From Methanobacteriota archaeon (GTDB lineage: Archaea > Thermoplasmatota > Poseidoniia > Poseidoniales > Poseidoniaceae): a stretch of 64,000 bases of DNA. A model generated the notes under the pieces. The model saw nothing but the letters and a program-made list of their open reading frames with translations. It had not been told where the DNA came from and did no database searches. Position numbers and translations under genes: made by a program. How positions within the stretch are numbered: position 1 is the stretch's first letter; the number at the start of each line of letters is the position of its first letter. Of the stretch, positions 27,996 through 37,052 are shown in pieces. The stretch covers positions 2,552 to 66,551 of the forward strand of contig JABIGM010000018.1 of the NCBI GenBank assembly GCA_018650165.1, in the 5' to 3' direction.

Positions 27996-29203
27996 TAATT
28001 CTTCACCATCTGCTTTTGAGATTCCGCACCCATTGCTAGCATTGACAACTCAGCAACCAGAGCATGCCATCCATGTGCATGCTCACCATATGTGCCACCT
28101 ACTTCACTGTAAGGGAGAAATATCGCAGATGGGGAATTCAAATTTTCAATCTCACCTTTCTTTGGATTTATTCGATAAAACCATGATGCTGCTTCACCAT
28201 CTACCAAGTAGACAACTGGTTCAACAGAATAGCCTTCACTCGACTTTAGAGTGGTGGGTACGCCTTCCTGTATCAGGAAGTTTTCAACATCGACCCCTCC
28301 TTTTGAGTACATTAGTCGTTTGAATTTTCGATTTGAAAGATTCAGAAGTTGGTTACCACTCGTTACTGCCATAATCCCTAAGCCATAGGTGCCCCTATCG
28401 TTTTTGACAAAAGCAACTGGCTCTCTTTCAATGCCCAATGCTTGATATCTAACAGCGATTTTAGCCAAGAACTCATCTATTTCTACTGCAAGGGCTTGGC
28501 GGCAAGTTTCCTTTTCCAAACATTTGTTTTCACTTACAAACCAGTCAGTTAGAAGGTGCCACGGATCAATATCCAATACCTCTGCAATCTCGTTGACATA
28601 TTCTTGTAAACAAGCATAGTGTTCGGACTTTCTTCTTCTCTGCCAACCCATATGAGGCGGTGGTGAAACTTGGTGGGCAGCAATTCCCGGAACAACACCT
28701 TCAGTTAAATCATTATTCAGCATTATAAGGTCAGGGCTATTTCCATCAATCATTAATGAATCGTTGACGAGTTTGACTTGGTCTAATACCAGTGGTCCTG
28801 TGATTCCATCAATAGAACCGTGCCCACCCAACTCTGGTGAACCGACAGTGCAGCGGAAACCTCCATCAATTAATAGACGCTTGATTGTTGAAACATTTTC
28901 AGCATAACCGGGATTCCTCGTGTGGGATTCTGGATATAGATGGACCCATTTACATTCTGGCTGCTGTCGAATAATATGTTCGCGCAGTAATATAGAAAGT
29001 CGTTCTTCATCCTCGCTTGACACATTATTGAATCCTGCAGGAAAATGGTTTGCATCGACTACTGCTATTTTCCACCCACAGTCACGAATGTCGACGCTAC
29101 CATAGATTGGAATTGGTACCTGTGAACGCTTTTTAGCCATCCACTCAGTGATCAATTCACGATTGGCTTCAAGATGTTTGGTGAGGTCATGTACTGCGGT
29201 CAT
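27995..29203 (-). CDS. gshA: Glutamate--cysteine ligase, GshA ATP-grasp type
   Basis: YGSVDIRDCGWKIAVVDANHFPAGFNN, PESHTRN, LNNDL, KNDRGTYGLGIM, IQEGVPT, ENLNS. Confidence 0.85.
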   Translation of the reverse strand: MTAVHDLTKHLEANRELITEWMAKKRSQVPIPIYGSVDIRDCGWKIAVVDANHFPAGFNNVSSEDEERLSILLREHIIRQQPECKWVHLYPESHTRNPGYAENVSTIKRLLIDGGFRCTVGSPELGGHGSIDGITGPLVLDQVKLVNDSLMIDGNSPDLIMLNNDLTEGVVPGIAAHQVSPPPHMGWQRRRKSEHYACLQEYVNEIAEVLDIDPWHLLTDWFVSENKCLEKETCRQALAVEIDEFLAKIAVRYQALGIEREPVAFVKNDRGTYGLGIMAVTSGNQLLNLSNRKFKRLMYSKGGVDVENFLIQEGVPTTLKSSEGYSVEPVVYLVDGEAASWFYRINPKKGEIENLNSPSAIFLPYSEVGGTYGEHAHGWHALVAELSMLAMGAESQKQMVKN

Positions 29204-30915
29204 GATACCACTTCCTCAAGCAGCGAAGTGAGATCCCCACTGCGCTTACTTATTCCGCCATCCAATATGTGCATCGATTCAAACAACCCTAGACCTATGG
29301 CGATTTCTGGCTGCTTTATTAAGGCGCGTTTCAGACGCGGATAACGATTAGCAATTGGCTCGACAAAGTAGTTTAATTCATCTAAGACCGAATCTATCAT
29401 TCGGGGTGATGTTGCCCTACCTGCTGGCATTTTAGGTCGACGAACAATTTCAGTCGGTAGGTTGGTCAATTCTGCAGCTGAACGTAAAGCAGCCTTCTCA
29501 TCATGAGATGGAGGGAGCCTCCAATCCATTGGCAATTTGTTTGAATCTTCGCGGTGCCTACTCCCTAAAAATGGCACCCGAACCTCGAGGCTATGAGCCA
29601 TTGAGTGCCGGTCTACTAACCGCAGTTGAAAATTAGATAATTGACCATGCTCTAGTTCAAATTGTAAAAAATCCTCAAGTGATTTCGTATGTGCTTCAGG
29701 TGTTAGGTCGTCACTCCACCACGAATCTCCTTGAAGATTTGTAAGGCTGCAGTCCATATCACTCAAACGTGATCTAATCAATTTCGAATGACCCTCTAAA
29801 TCTCGGTATCTTGGGTAACCCGCATGTAACTCATCAGCACCTTGACCACATAGGCCTACGGTCACAGACTCCGCCATCTTAGCAAAAAGTGGTTGGAAAA
29901 ATAGTACAGTGACATCTAAGTCCTCTCCATGCCATGCTAAATCTGGTAATTTGGAATGAAATGAATCGGGCTCGAGTATGTGCTGGTGGTGTTTGAGGTC
30001 TAGACTCGATGCTACAAGTTCTGCTGCTTGCCAGTCAGGATTGTCTTCGCTCTCGGCTACTGTCCAACATTCTGGTACATCTTGTTCCGCAATCTCTGCT
30101 GCCTGCCGTGCAACTGCACATACAAGGCTTGAATCGAGTCCCCCCGACAATACAATGCCAACAGGTACATCGGCCATCAATCTATCACTCACACTCAAAG
30201 TAAACGAGTCCAGTAAGCCTTCTGGGTCATTCCAATCACTAGTTGGGAGAACTTTCTGGATTTCAAATCGCGACGAACTTGTCATTCTAGGCTTTCCATC
30301 AATCAATTCCCAGACCTCGACACTACCTGGTCTAACGTTATGGACATCTGCAAAGAGAGTGGTTGCGTCTAGGGGGTACTCCCATGCAATTCTAGCTTGC
30401 ATTGCAAAATCATCGATCTGTGGAATATATGATTCATGCGCCCTTAGTGCCTTAGCTTCGGATGAAAACAGAAGACAGTCGTCAACAATAGTTCGCATTA
30501 AGGGCTTGATGCCAACGGGGTCTCGGGCCAAAATTAGTTGGCCATTTGACCATAGTGCAAATGCAAACATTCCATCTAATTTAGATATCCATTTCGCATG
30601 ATCATTCGCATTACCTTTACCAGTATGCAACGATAGAATAACTTCGCTGTCCCCATTGGTAGAATAATTGTAAGAGTTACTTTTCAAATCAAGATGGTTG
30701 TAAAACTCACCATTGACTACTGCAACTTTACCAGGACCACGCAATGGCTGAGGTGAACCAACTAAATCTAAGATGGCAAGTCTTGCATGGGCTAAGCCAC
30801 AAAAATCATCTTCATAGGTGCCGCGTCCATCAGGACCGCGATGTTCCATGAGGTCAATCATGCGCGATAGTACAACCTTGTCAGGTTGTCCAAGCATGCC
30901 ACCTATGCCACACAT
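29200..30915 (-). CDS. asnB: Asparagine synthase (glutamine-hydrolysing) family amidotransferase
   Basis: MCGI N-terminus, HRGPD, NGEFYN, RDPVGIKPL, LSGGLDSS, GQGADELHAGY, EVRVPFL. Confidence 0.9.
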   Translation of the reverse strand: MCGIGGMLGQPDKVVLSRMIDLMEHRGPDGRGTYEDDFCGLAHARLAILDLVGSPQPLRGPGKVAVVNGEFYNHLDLKSNSYNYSTNGDSEVILSLHTGKGNANDHAKWISKLDGMFAFALWSNGQLILARDPVGIKPLMRTIVDDCLLFSSEAKALRAHESYIPQIDDFAMQARIAWEYPLDATTLFADVHNVRPGSVEVWELIDGKPRMTSSSRFEIQKVLPTSDWNDPEGLLDSFTLSVSDRLMADVPVGIVLSGGLDSSLVCAVARQAAEIAEQDVPECWTVAESEDNPDWQAAELVASSLDLKHHQHILEPDSFHSKLPDLAWHGEDLDVTVLFFQPLFAKMAESVTVGLCGQGADELHAGYPRYRDLEGHSKLIRSRLSDMDCSLTNLQGDSWWSDDLTPEAHTKSLEDFLQFELEHGQLSNFQLRLVDRHSMAHSLEVRVPFLGSRHREDSNKLPMDWRLPPSHDEKAALRSAAELTNLPTEIVRRPKMPAGRATSPRMIDSVLDELNYFVEPIANRYPRLKRALIKQPEIAIGLGLFESMHILDGGISKRSGDLTSLLEEVVS

Positions 30916-30956
30916 ATCCAGTCCAATTACTTGTAGTTCAAGAGCCCTTGCTTTGC

Positions 30957-31067
30957 TCAGAAAATCGAGTAAACAAACATTGTAACAATCATGATTACAA
31001 ATGAAAGAATAAATGTCACCAAGTAGGCACTTTGGGGTGGGTCTTGGGGTGGTACTTCGTCAGTCAT
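30957..31067 (-). CDS. Small single-TM protein (36 aa), absent from ORF track
   Basis: Read manually: MTDEVPPQDPPQSAYLVTFILSFVIMIVTMFVYSIF*; AGGTGA SD 6 nt before ATG. Confidence 0.65.
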   Translation of the reverse strand: MTDEVPPQDPPQSAYLVTFILSFVIMIVTMFVYSIF

Positions 31068-31119
31068 TGGGTCTCACCTATACTATGGGGAGTTGAGGCG
31101 CCATTTCAACATAATGGTC

Positions 31120-31740
31120 TCACAACCACGGTGCTAGTAAAATAATTGCTGCTAATGGAATTAGCAACATCGTGGCATTATCATCAATCCACCTTAGTCG
31201 TGGCCACTCAGCAGCCACGCACAATGGGCCCATTACGAAAGCTAACCAAATTGGAGTCTCTAATTGAGACCAAGCAGCAACCCAAATCAATGCTATGAAA
31301 ATTGAACCAAATATGAAGACGTTTTTACTTTCCACACCCTTCCGTCTAATCTCTCCCAAGAAAGGGTCTCCTAACGACAACGATAGAATTAGCGGCCAAA
31401 CGAGTTCGGGAGCCTCTGCAAGTGTCATGAATGTCAAACCAATTGCAAAACCACCCCACGCTAAAGCACTGACTTGTTTGGACTCATAGTCGCGTTGACC
31501 AAAAATGGTTATTCCTAATTTTAGCCGTATACCTTCAGCAAACACAATTGTAAATGTCAGAAAAGAAACTACCTGTAATACCGTGATTGAAAAGTAGTCA
31601 GCGATGTTTTTTGAATATTCAAAGAAGATGAATGGTATTATTGACATACCGATGTGAAAGCCTCTGCGGAACAGGTGCCCATAAAATCCTCCGACTGAAT
31701 GTTTAACCGGATCTGTAAGTTCAACTTGCTCACTCATCAA
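31120..31740 (-). CDS. Dolichol/phytol kinase-like (CTP-dependent polyprenol kinase family) membrane protein
   Basis: RRGFH, RDYE, LSLGDP, E......DDNATM motifs. Confidence 0.75.
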   Translation of the reverse strand: MMSEQVELTDPVKHSVGGFYGHLFRRGFHIGMSIIPFIFFEYSKNIADYFSITVLQVVSFLTFTIVFAEGIRLKLGITIFGQRDYESKQVSALAWGGFAIGLTFMTLAEAPELVWPLILSLSLGDPFLGEIRRKGVESKNVFIFGSIFIALIWVAAWSQLETPIWLAFVMGPLCVAAEWPRLRWIDDNATMLLIPLAAIILLAPWL

Positions 31741-32551
31741 ATTCCCTCAATGCGTCTTCGATGCTTAACCCTTCTTCAGACATGCGGTCGATAATAGCCT
31801 CAAAGGCGGGATTTCGGACCAGGACATTCTCATGCGCCATCAATAATTGCTGACGAACTCTGGCGCGACGGGAAGAAACCCTTTCCTCTAAGGATAGGAT
31901 TTTTTCCGATAATTCATCCAATCCTACCCCTTCAGTAGCACTTGCTAGAATAATTGGAGGGGCATCATTAGTCAAAGTTAGAGAGACGGTTAGGTCATTG
32001 ACAACTTTACTTGCACCTTCCAAATCACTTTTGTTCACCACTATCAAATCAGCTAATTCTAGCAAACCTGCTTTTTCTGCTTGTACTCCATCTCCACGTG
32101 AAGGTCCTTCAACAACAATAATTCGATTTGCAATTGCGGCGCATCGCATTTCTGATTGCCCTGCACCAACAGTTTCTATGATTACTAAATCGAAATTACT
32201 TGCCAATAAATGGTTTGCAAGGTCACTAACTATAGAAGGGATTGAACCACTCGAAGAACGGGTGGCAATACTTCGAACGTATATTGAATCCGACTTTTCT
32301 GCATCATCTAGTACACTTAACCTAATCCGGTCCCCAAGTAAGGCACCTCCGCTTATTGGAGAAGTAGGATCTATTGCCAGTACTGCAACTTTGTGTTTTG
32401 GTGCAAGTCGGTGAAGTATCCCATCTACAAGACATGACTTTCCGACACCGGGTGGGCCTGTGATTGCAACAATCAGTCCTTCTGTTTTTACAACTTGCAA
32501 CTCACCATTCTCTATAGCTGAAAGTTGACGAGCAAGTTGCCTACGCTCCAA
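31730..32551 (-). CDS. meaB: MeaB/ArgK GTPase, methylmalonyl-CoA mutase chaperone
   Basis: GPPGVGKS, DPTSPISGGALLGDRIR, ETVGAGQSE, VNKSD. Confidence 0.92.
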   Translation of the reverse strand: MERRQLARQLSAIENGELQVVKTEGLIVAITGPPGVGKSCLVDGILHRLAPKHKVAVLAIDPTSPISGGALLGDRIRLSVLDDAEKSDSIYVRSIATRSSSGSIPSIVSDLANHLLASNFDLVIIETVGAGQSEMRCAAIANRIIVVEGPSRGDGVQAEKAGLLELADLIVVNKSDLEGASKVVNDLTVSLTLTNDAPPIILASATEGVGLDELSEKILSLEERVSSRRARVRQQLLMAHENVLVRNPAFEAIIDRMSEEGLSIEDALREFDE

Positions 32552-32989
32552 TCACTCACCCCAGTGCCACTCATCTGGTGAACCGACTCCACAATTAAGA
32601 CCGGAAGCGAACTCTACAAATTCGAGAATTTCAGTTGAAGGTGTACCTGGTCCAAATATTGCTCGGACTCCAGCATCAAATAGTTGTGAGCGGTCGTCTT
32701 CAGGAATAATCCCTCCTCCAAAAACGACTACATCATCTAAGCCCGCCTCGCGTAAGAGATTGCAAACTTTCGGGAAGAGGTGGCTGTGAGCACCAGAAAG
32801 AGAAGATAGGCCGACGAAACGTGCATCTTCATCCATTACTGTTCTGACAATTTGGTCTGGAGTCCTTCGAAGACCAGTATAGATCACCTCATGACCTCCA
32901 TCACGTAATGCCCGGGCTACGACCTTGGCTCCACGGTCATGACCATCAAGTCCCGGCTTGGCTATGACAATACGTTGTCGGGCTCCCAT
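32552..32989 (-). CDS. Methylmalonyl-CoA mutase cobalamin-binding (small) subunit
   Basis: [32 protein letters not shown]. Confidence 0.92.
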   Translation of the reverse strand: MGARQRIVIAKPGLDGHDRGAKVVARALRDGGHEVIYTGLRRTPDQIVRTVMDEDARFVGLSSLSGAHSHLFPKVCNLLREAGLDDVVVFGGGIIPEDDRSQLFDAGVRAIFGPGTPSTEILEFVEFASGLNCGVGSPDEWHWGE

Positions 32990-33012
32990 ATTCGGCTGTG
33001 TGTAGGAGCGTC

Positions 33013-33018
33013 TATGAA
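33013..33018 (-). promoter_or_regulatory. Putative degenerate TATA box TTCATA, 29 nt before ATG 32989
   Basis: Same spacing; head of a divergent operon. Confidence 0.45.
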
Positions 33019-33089
33019 GCGGTTGCGGTGTAGAAATGCGCACACAAGCAATAAGGAGGGGCTATTACTGTCTCTGATTGGCGAAAGGC

Positions 33090-34643
33090 ATGATGGGTAC
33101 CGATGAGCGACTACGGGACCTGCGGGCACGAAAGGCACGTGCTGAGGCAGGTGGCGGCCAAGACAGGGTTGCTGGCCAACATAAGAAAGGAAAAATGACT
33201 GCTCGCGAGCGCTTAGAAATGCTACTCGATGAGGGCTCATTCCAAGAAATTGATGCTTTGGTTGAGCACCGTTGCCGAGATTTCGACATGGACAAGAATG
33301 TCATCCCTGGAGATGGTGTTGTCACCGGCCATGGTACTGTAAATGGAAGAGAGATTTTCGCTTTCGCACAAGACTTCACCGTATATGGGGGTAGCCTTGG
33401 TGAGATGCACGGCCTCAAGATTTGCAAAGTACTTGATATGGCCCTCAAAACAGGTAGGCCAGTAATCGGGCTGAACGATAGTGGAGGCGCTAGAATCCAA
33501 GAAGGAGTTGCTAGCCTAGGGTCCTATGCTGAAATTTTCTTCAGAAATGTAAGAGCGAGTGGCGTAGTTCCACAAATAAGCGTCATAATGGGACCATGTG
33601 CAGGAGGCGCTGTTTACTCGCCTGCTATCACAGATTTCGTAATCATGGTCGATAAAACGGCACATATGTTCATCACTGGTCCTGAAGTTATCAAGACTGT
33701 TACAAATGAAGAGGTTTCATTCGAAGATTTAGGTGGAGCCGGGACTCACGGTAGTAAGTCAGGAGTATCTCACTTTACTGCGCAAAACGACCAAGAAGCA
33801 ATTGATCTAGCAAGAGAATTAGTTGATTTTTTGCCATTGAATAATATGGAAATGTCGCCCGAGAAGAAAACCAGTGATCCAGCAAACAGAGTTTGCGAAA
33901 AATTGGATTCAATCGTACCAGAAGACCCAACCAAGCCATATGATGTAAAGGATGTAATTACAGAAATCCTTGATGATGGTGGGTTCCTTGAAGTCCAAGA
34001 AAATTGGGCAGGCAATATTGTCATTGGCTTTGGCCATCTGAATGGAGCAACAGTTGGGGTCGTCGCAAATCAACCCAAGATGTTAGCTGGTTGCCTTGAC
34101 ATTGATGCAAGTGACAAGGCTGCACGCTTCGTAAGGTTCTGTGATGCATTCAATATACCACTGATAACTTTAGAAGATGTTCCGGGATTCCTTCCGGGAA
34201 CCAACCAAGAATGGGGAGGGATAATTCGGCATGGGGCTAAACTCCTCTACGCATATGCAGAAGCTACTGTTCCAAAACTGACTGTCATTTTGCGCAAAGC
34301 GTATGGCGGCGCATATGATGTTATGTCCTCGAAACACATTCGTGGCGATTACAATGTGGCGTGGCCAAGTGCAGAATTGGCAGTTATGGGAGCCGAGGGT
34401 GCAGTACAAATTATTCACCGACGAAGATTACAGAATGCAAGAGACTCAGAGGGTGAAAGAGAAAGACTAATCGATGACTTCCAAGAGACATTTGCTAACC
34501 CTTACAAAGCCGCAGCACTTGGTTATCTAGACGATGTCATCGAACCAAATCAAACCCGTGACCGATTATGCAAGGCTCTTAGCATGCTAACCGATAAAGA
34601 AGAATTACGTCCATCAAGAAAGCATGGAAATATACCGTTGTGA
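33090..34643 (+). CDS. pccB: Acyl-CoA carboxyltransferase (propionyl-CoA carboxylase beta / methylmalonyl-CoA decarboxylase alpha)
   Basis: [49 protein letters not shown]. Confidence 0.93.
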   Translation: MMGTDERLRDLRARKARAEAGGGQDRVAGQHKKGKMTARERLEMLLDEGSFQEIDALVEHRCRDFDMDKNVIPGDGVVTGHGTVNGREIFAFAQDFTVYGGSLGEMHGLKICKVLDMALKTGRPVIGLNDSGGARIQEGVASLGSYAEIFFRNVRASGVVPQISVIMGPCAGGAVYSPAITDFVIMVDKTAHMFITGPEVIKTVTNEEVSFEDLGGAGTHGSKSGVSHFTAQNDQEAIDLARELVDFLPLNNMEMSPEKKTSDPANRVCEKLDSIVPEDPTKPYDVKDVITEILDDGGFLEVQENWAGNIVIGFGHLNGATVGVVANQPKMLAGCLDIDASDKAARFVRFCDAFNIPLITLEDVPGFLPGTNQEWGGIIRHGAKLLYAYAEATVPKLTVILRKAYGGAYDVMSSKHIRGDYNVAWPSAELAVMGAEGAVQIIHRRRLQNARDSEGERERLIDDFQETFANPYKAAALGYLDDVIEPNQTRDRLCKALSMLTDKEELRPSRKHGNIPL

Positions 34644-34838
34644 GTGGATATTATGGCAGATATTGAAACACTTAGAATGGCAGCCATCGCTGCGGTACTA
34701 GCAGCCTCATCAAGTGGTGAAGACCCAACAAAGATTGGGCGAAAACTTGGAGAGGCATGGGCTCAAGATCACAGAAGGATGAATATGGGAATGTCATCAC
34801 TTATGCACCGAAATAGTTCTCGGTCTACCTGGAGGTGA
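34644..34838 (+). CDS. Small acyl-CoA carboxylase accessory (epsilon/delta-like) subunit
   Basis: AAIAAVLAA helix and C-terminal W..R between carboxyltransferase and biotin carrier. Confidence 0.6.
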   Translation: MDIMADIETLRMAAIAAVLAASSSGEDPTKIGRKLGEAWAQDHRRMNMGMSSLMHRNSSRSTWR

Positions 34839-34839
34839 A

Positions 34840-35250
34840 ATGATGGGTGAAACTCGGAAAGTCATTGTCAATGGAGAAGAATTCGAAGTTGAACTCGAAC
34901 AAAATGGTGACACTTGGACTGCAACTGTCGGCGGTCAAAGTTTTGACATAACAGTTCCAGACGCAGGACCCGCTCCTAAACAGCGAAGAGCTGCTGGCGG
35001 GAAGTCGCAAAAATCAGGAAAGGTAAATGCAAATATTCCGGGAAAGGTTGTTACTGTAGAGGTTGCTCTTGGAGATGAAGTCGAAGAAGGGCAAGTAGTA
35101 ATGATTCTCGAAGCGATGAAGATGCAAAATGAAATTCAAGCACCAATCAGTGGCACTGTTACCGAAATTCATTGTGAAGAAGGCCAATCAATCGAGGCAA
35201 ACATTCCACTATTGGTAATCACTCCTCCTGAAAGTGAAGATGAATCCTGA
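34840..35250 (+). CDS. Biotin carboxyl carrier protein
   Basis: EAMKMQNEI biotinylation motif; GGAGGTGA SD. Confidence 0.93.
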   Translation: MMGETRKVIVNGEEFEVELEQNGDTWTATVGGQSFDITVPDAGPAPKQRRAAGGKSQKSGKVNANIPGKVVTVEVALGDEVEEGQVVMILEAMKMQNEIQAPISGTVTEIHCEEGQSIEANIPLLVITPPESEDES

Positions 35251-35533
35251 TTCATTCCAATGGTTAAAGCGGGATAAGTTTCTAGGCGTCGATATGGGAG
35301 AAGATGCCGTCTGTGATTACCCCGGTTGCGGGGCTGTTGGTGACATCATTTCTCGGCTTTCACCAGAAGGATATCTTGTTGCTACTGGAAAGAAGGCTTA
35401 CTCGTTTCGAGAAGCATACCGTAGGTTCCACTATTGTGGAGACCATCACGAACAATTGATGGGAGGAGTCTGGTCTCGAGTTCGCAAGCCAGATGACAAA
35501 GCAGATGGCCATGCTGCACCTACAGCAATCTGA
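35234..35533 (+). CDS. Hypothetical protein with possible zinc finger
   Basis: CDYPGC...YCGDHH; overlaps the BCCP gene end. Confidence 0.6.
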   Translation: MKMNPDSFQWLKRDKFLGVDMGEDAVCDYPGCGAVGDIISRLSPEGYLVATGKKAYSFREAYRRFHYCGDHHEQLMGGVWSRVRKPDDKADGHAAPTAI

Positions 35534-35559
35534 TTTATGTTGAATTTCCTCAGTGAAAT

Positions 35560-36633
35560 ATGCCAGTGCTGAATCACCCCGTCGTTGGGGAAAAATTTAG
35601 TCAACGGCTAGGACATATTGATTCGTTACGCGGCCTGGCTGTATTGCTAATGATAATGGTCCATGCTGCAGCGACCTGGAATCCTTTTTCTAATTCTGAA
35701 ATCTCAACTCTTGCATATGTTGTATCCGGCCTGGGAGGTTTGGCCGCACCATTATTTGTAACCTTACTAGGATGGGGATTACTGCAAACAGAATCAACTC
35801 GACGCAAACGAATTTCAAGAGCGACTTTTTTGTTGGCCATGCAAATAGTAGTAAATTTGTTTGCACCACACTTATTCGCTCCATTTACACCAGGGGTTCT
35901 TTCTTTATTCGCTCTACTAATTATTAGTGAACCGATATGGTCTTCGCCTTTTAGGTCATCTAAATTATTACCTCAAACTGTATTTTCACTATTGCTCTTT
36001 TTGACGGTCATTGGACTGTACTTTGGATCGGGCTTCCAAGGCTCAGATAAATGGACAGATAGGACAACTACTGCATCGATTCAAACCTTGATTTTACATC
36101 TCCTACTAACCGGAACATATCCACTGTTCCCTTGGATGATTTTTGCTGTATTTGGTGCATTTATTGCCAAAATAACATCTATTGATTCGAAAATAAATGT
36201 CCTAAAATTGACTACTACTTCAATTGTTTTCGGACTGATATTTTGTGTTACGTCCCTCGTTTGGTCAATTCACAATGATTCGGCATGGGCACTACCCTCT
36301 GGTGAGGCTGTCCTTACATTTTTCCCACCAAATTATCCTTTCATACTTGCAGCATTAACCGGAGTTCTACTGCTGTGGGCATTAATCTACAAAATGCCAC
36401 AAGTTAGCTTCCTAGAAGATACGGGGAGATGCTCACTTACCCTATATGTCGTCCACTTCATTCCTTTCGCACTCTTTCACAAGGCTGAAACTACCTATGG
36501 TTGGAGCCTTACAATCTCCTGTCTAGTCGTCATAGGATACACCATCGCCTGGATCCCTATTGCAAAATTGTGGAGAAGTAAATTTCCGAGTTACACACTT
36601 GAGAAATTAATGCGTAATTTGTCTGAAGTCTAG
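35560..36633 (+). CDS. Heparan-alpha-glucosaminide N-acetyltransferase-like (DUF1624/DUF418) membrane protein
   Basis: RLGHIDSLRGLAVLLMIMVH, AAPLF, YPLFPW, GRCSLTLYVVH. Confidence 0.8.
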   Translation: MPVLNHPVVGEKFSQRLGHIDSLRGLAVLLMIMVHAAATWNPFSNSEISTLAYVVSGLGGLAAPLFVTLLGWGLLQTESTRRKRISRATFLLAMQIVVNLFAPHLFAPFTPGVLSLFALLIISEPIWSSPFRSSKLLPQTVFSLLLFLTVIGLYFGSGFQGSDKWTDRTTTASIQTLILHLLLTGTYPLFPWMIFAVFGAFIAKITSIDSKINVLKLTTTSIVFGLIFCVTSLVWSIHNDSAWALPSGEAVLTFFPPNYPFILAALTGVLLLWALIYKMPQVSFLEDTGRCSLTLYVVHFIPFALFHKAETTYGWSLTISCLVVIGYTIAWIPIAKLWRSKFPSYTLEKLMRNLSEV

Positions 36634-36986
36634 TATCCACTAAATGTGAAATATAATAATACAAAAAACATACCAAACAGAAGTAATCCTGCAATGAATA
36701 GACCAATTCCAACCCATGCACAAATGTGTGCTGCTTTAGCAACTCCTGCATCCGGGTGATTTGGAAATTGATTTGTAATTTTCAATGCACCATTAGCCAG
36801 AATGAGCCCTGGAATCGCGAAAAGGATTCCGATTCCGTAGAAAAGAGTCGCAACAATTCCAATGATAGACAGAATCAATGCAGTAGTCGCGTTTGTGGGT
36901 GGCATCATTGCCATGGCTTGATTGCCAAGTTGCCCTTGAGCCAAGCCCGCAGGTGAATAATAAATTGGCTGGGGTGCTGGCTGCAT
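36630..36986 (-). CDS. DUF4190-like membrane protein
   Basis: Pro/Gln-rich N-terminus, 'TNATTALILSIIG' and 'G.AKAA.IC..VG'; TATATA ~28 nt upstream. Confidence 0.7.
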   Translation of the reverse strand: MQPAPQPIYYSPAGLAQGQLGNQAMAMMPPTNATTALILSIIGIVATLFYGIGILFAIPGLILANGALKITNQFPNHPDAGVAKAAHICAWVGIGLFIAGLLLFGMFFVLLYFTFSGY

Positions 36987-37052
36987 GCAACTGCCCTATG
37001 ATTTGACATATATATGCAATTAGACGGTTTTTCCAATTGGGAAATCTATCAA

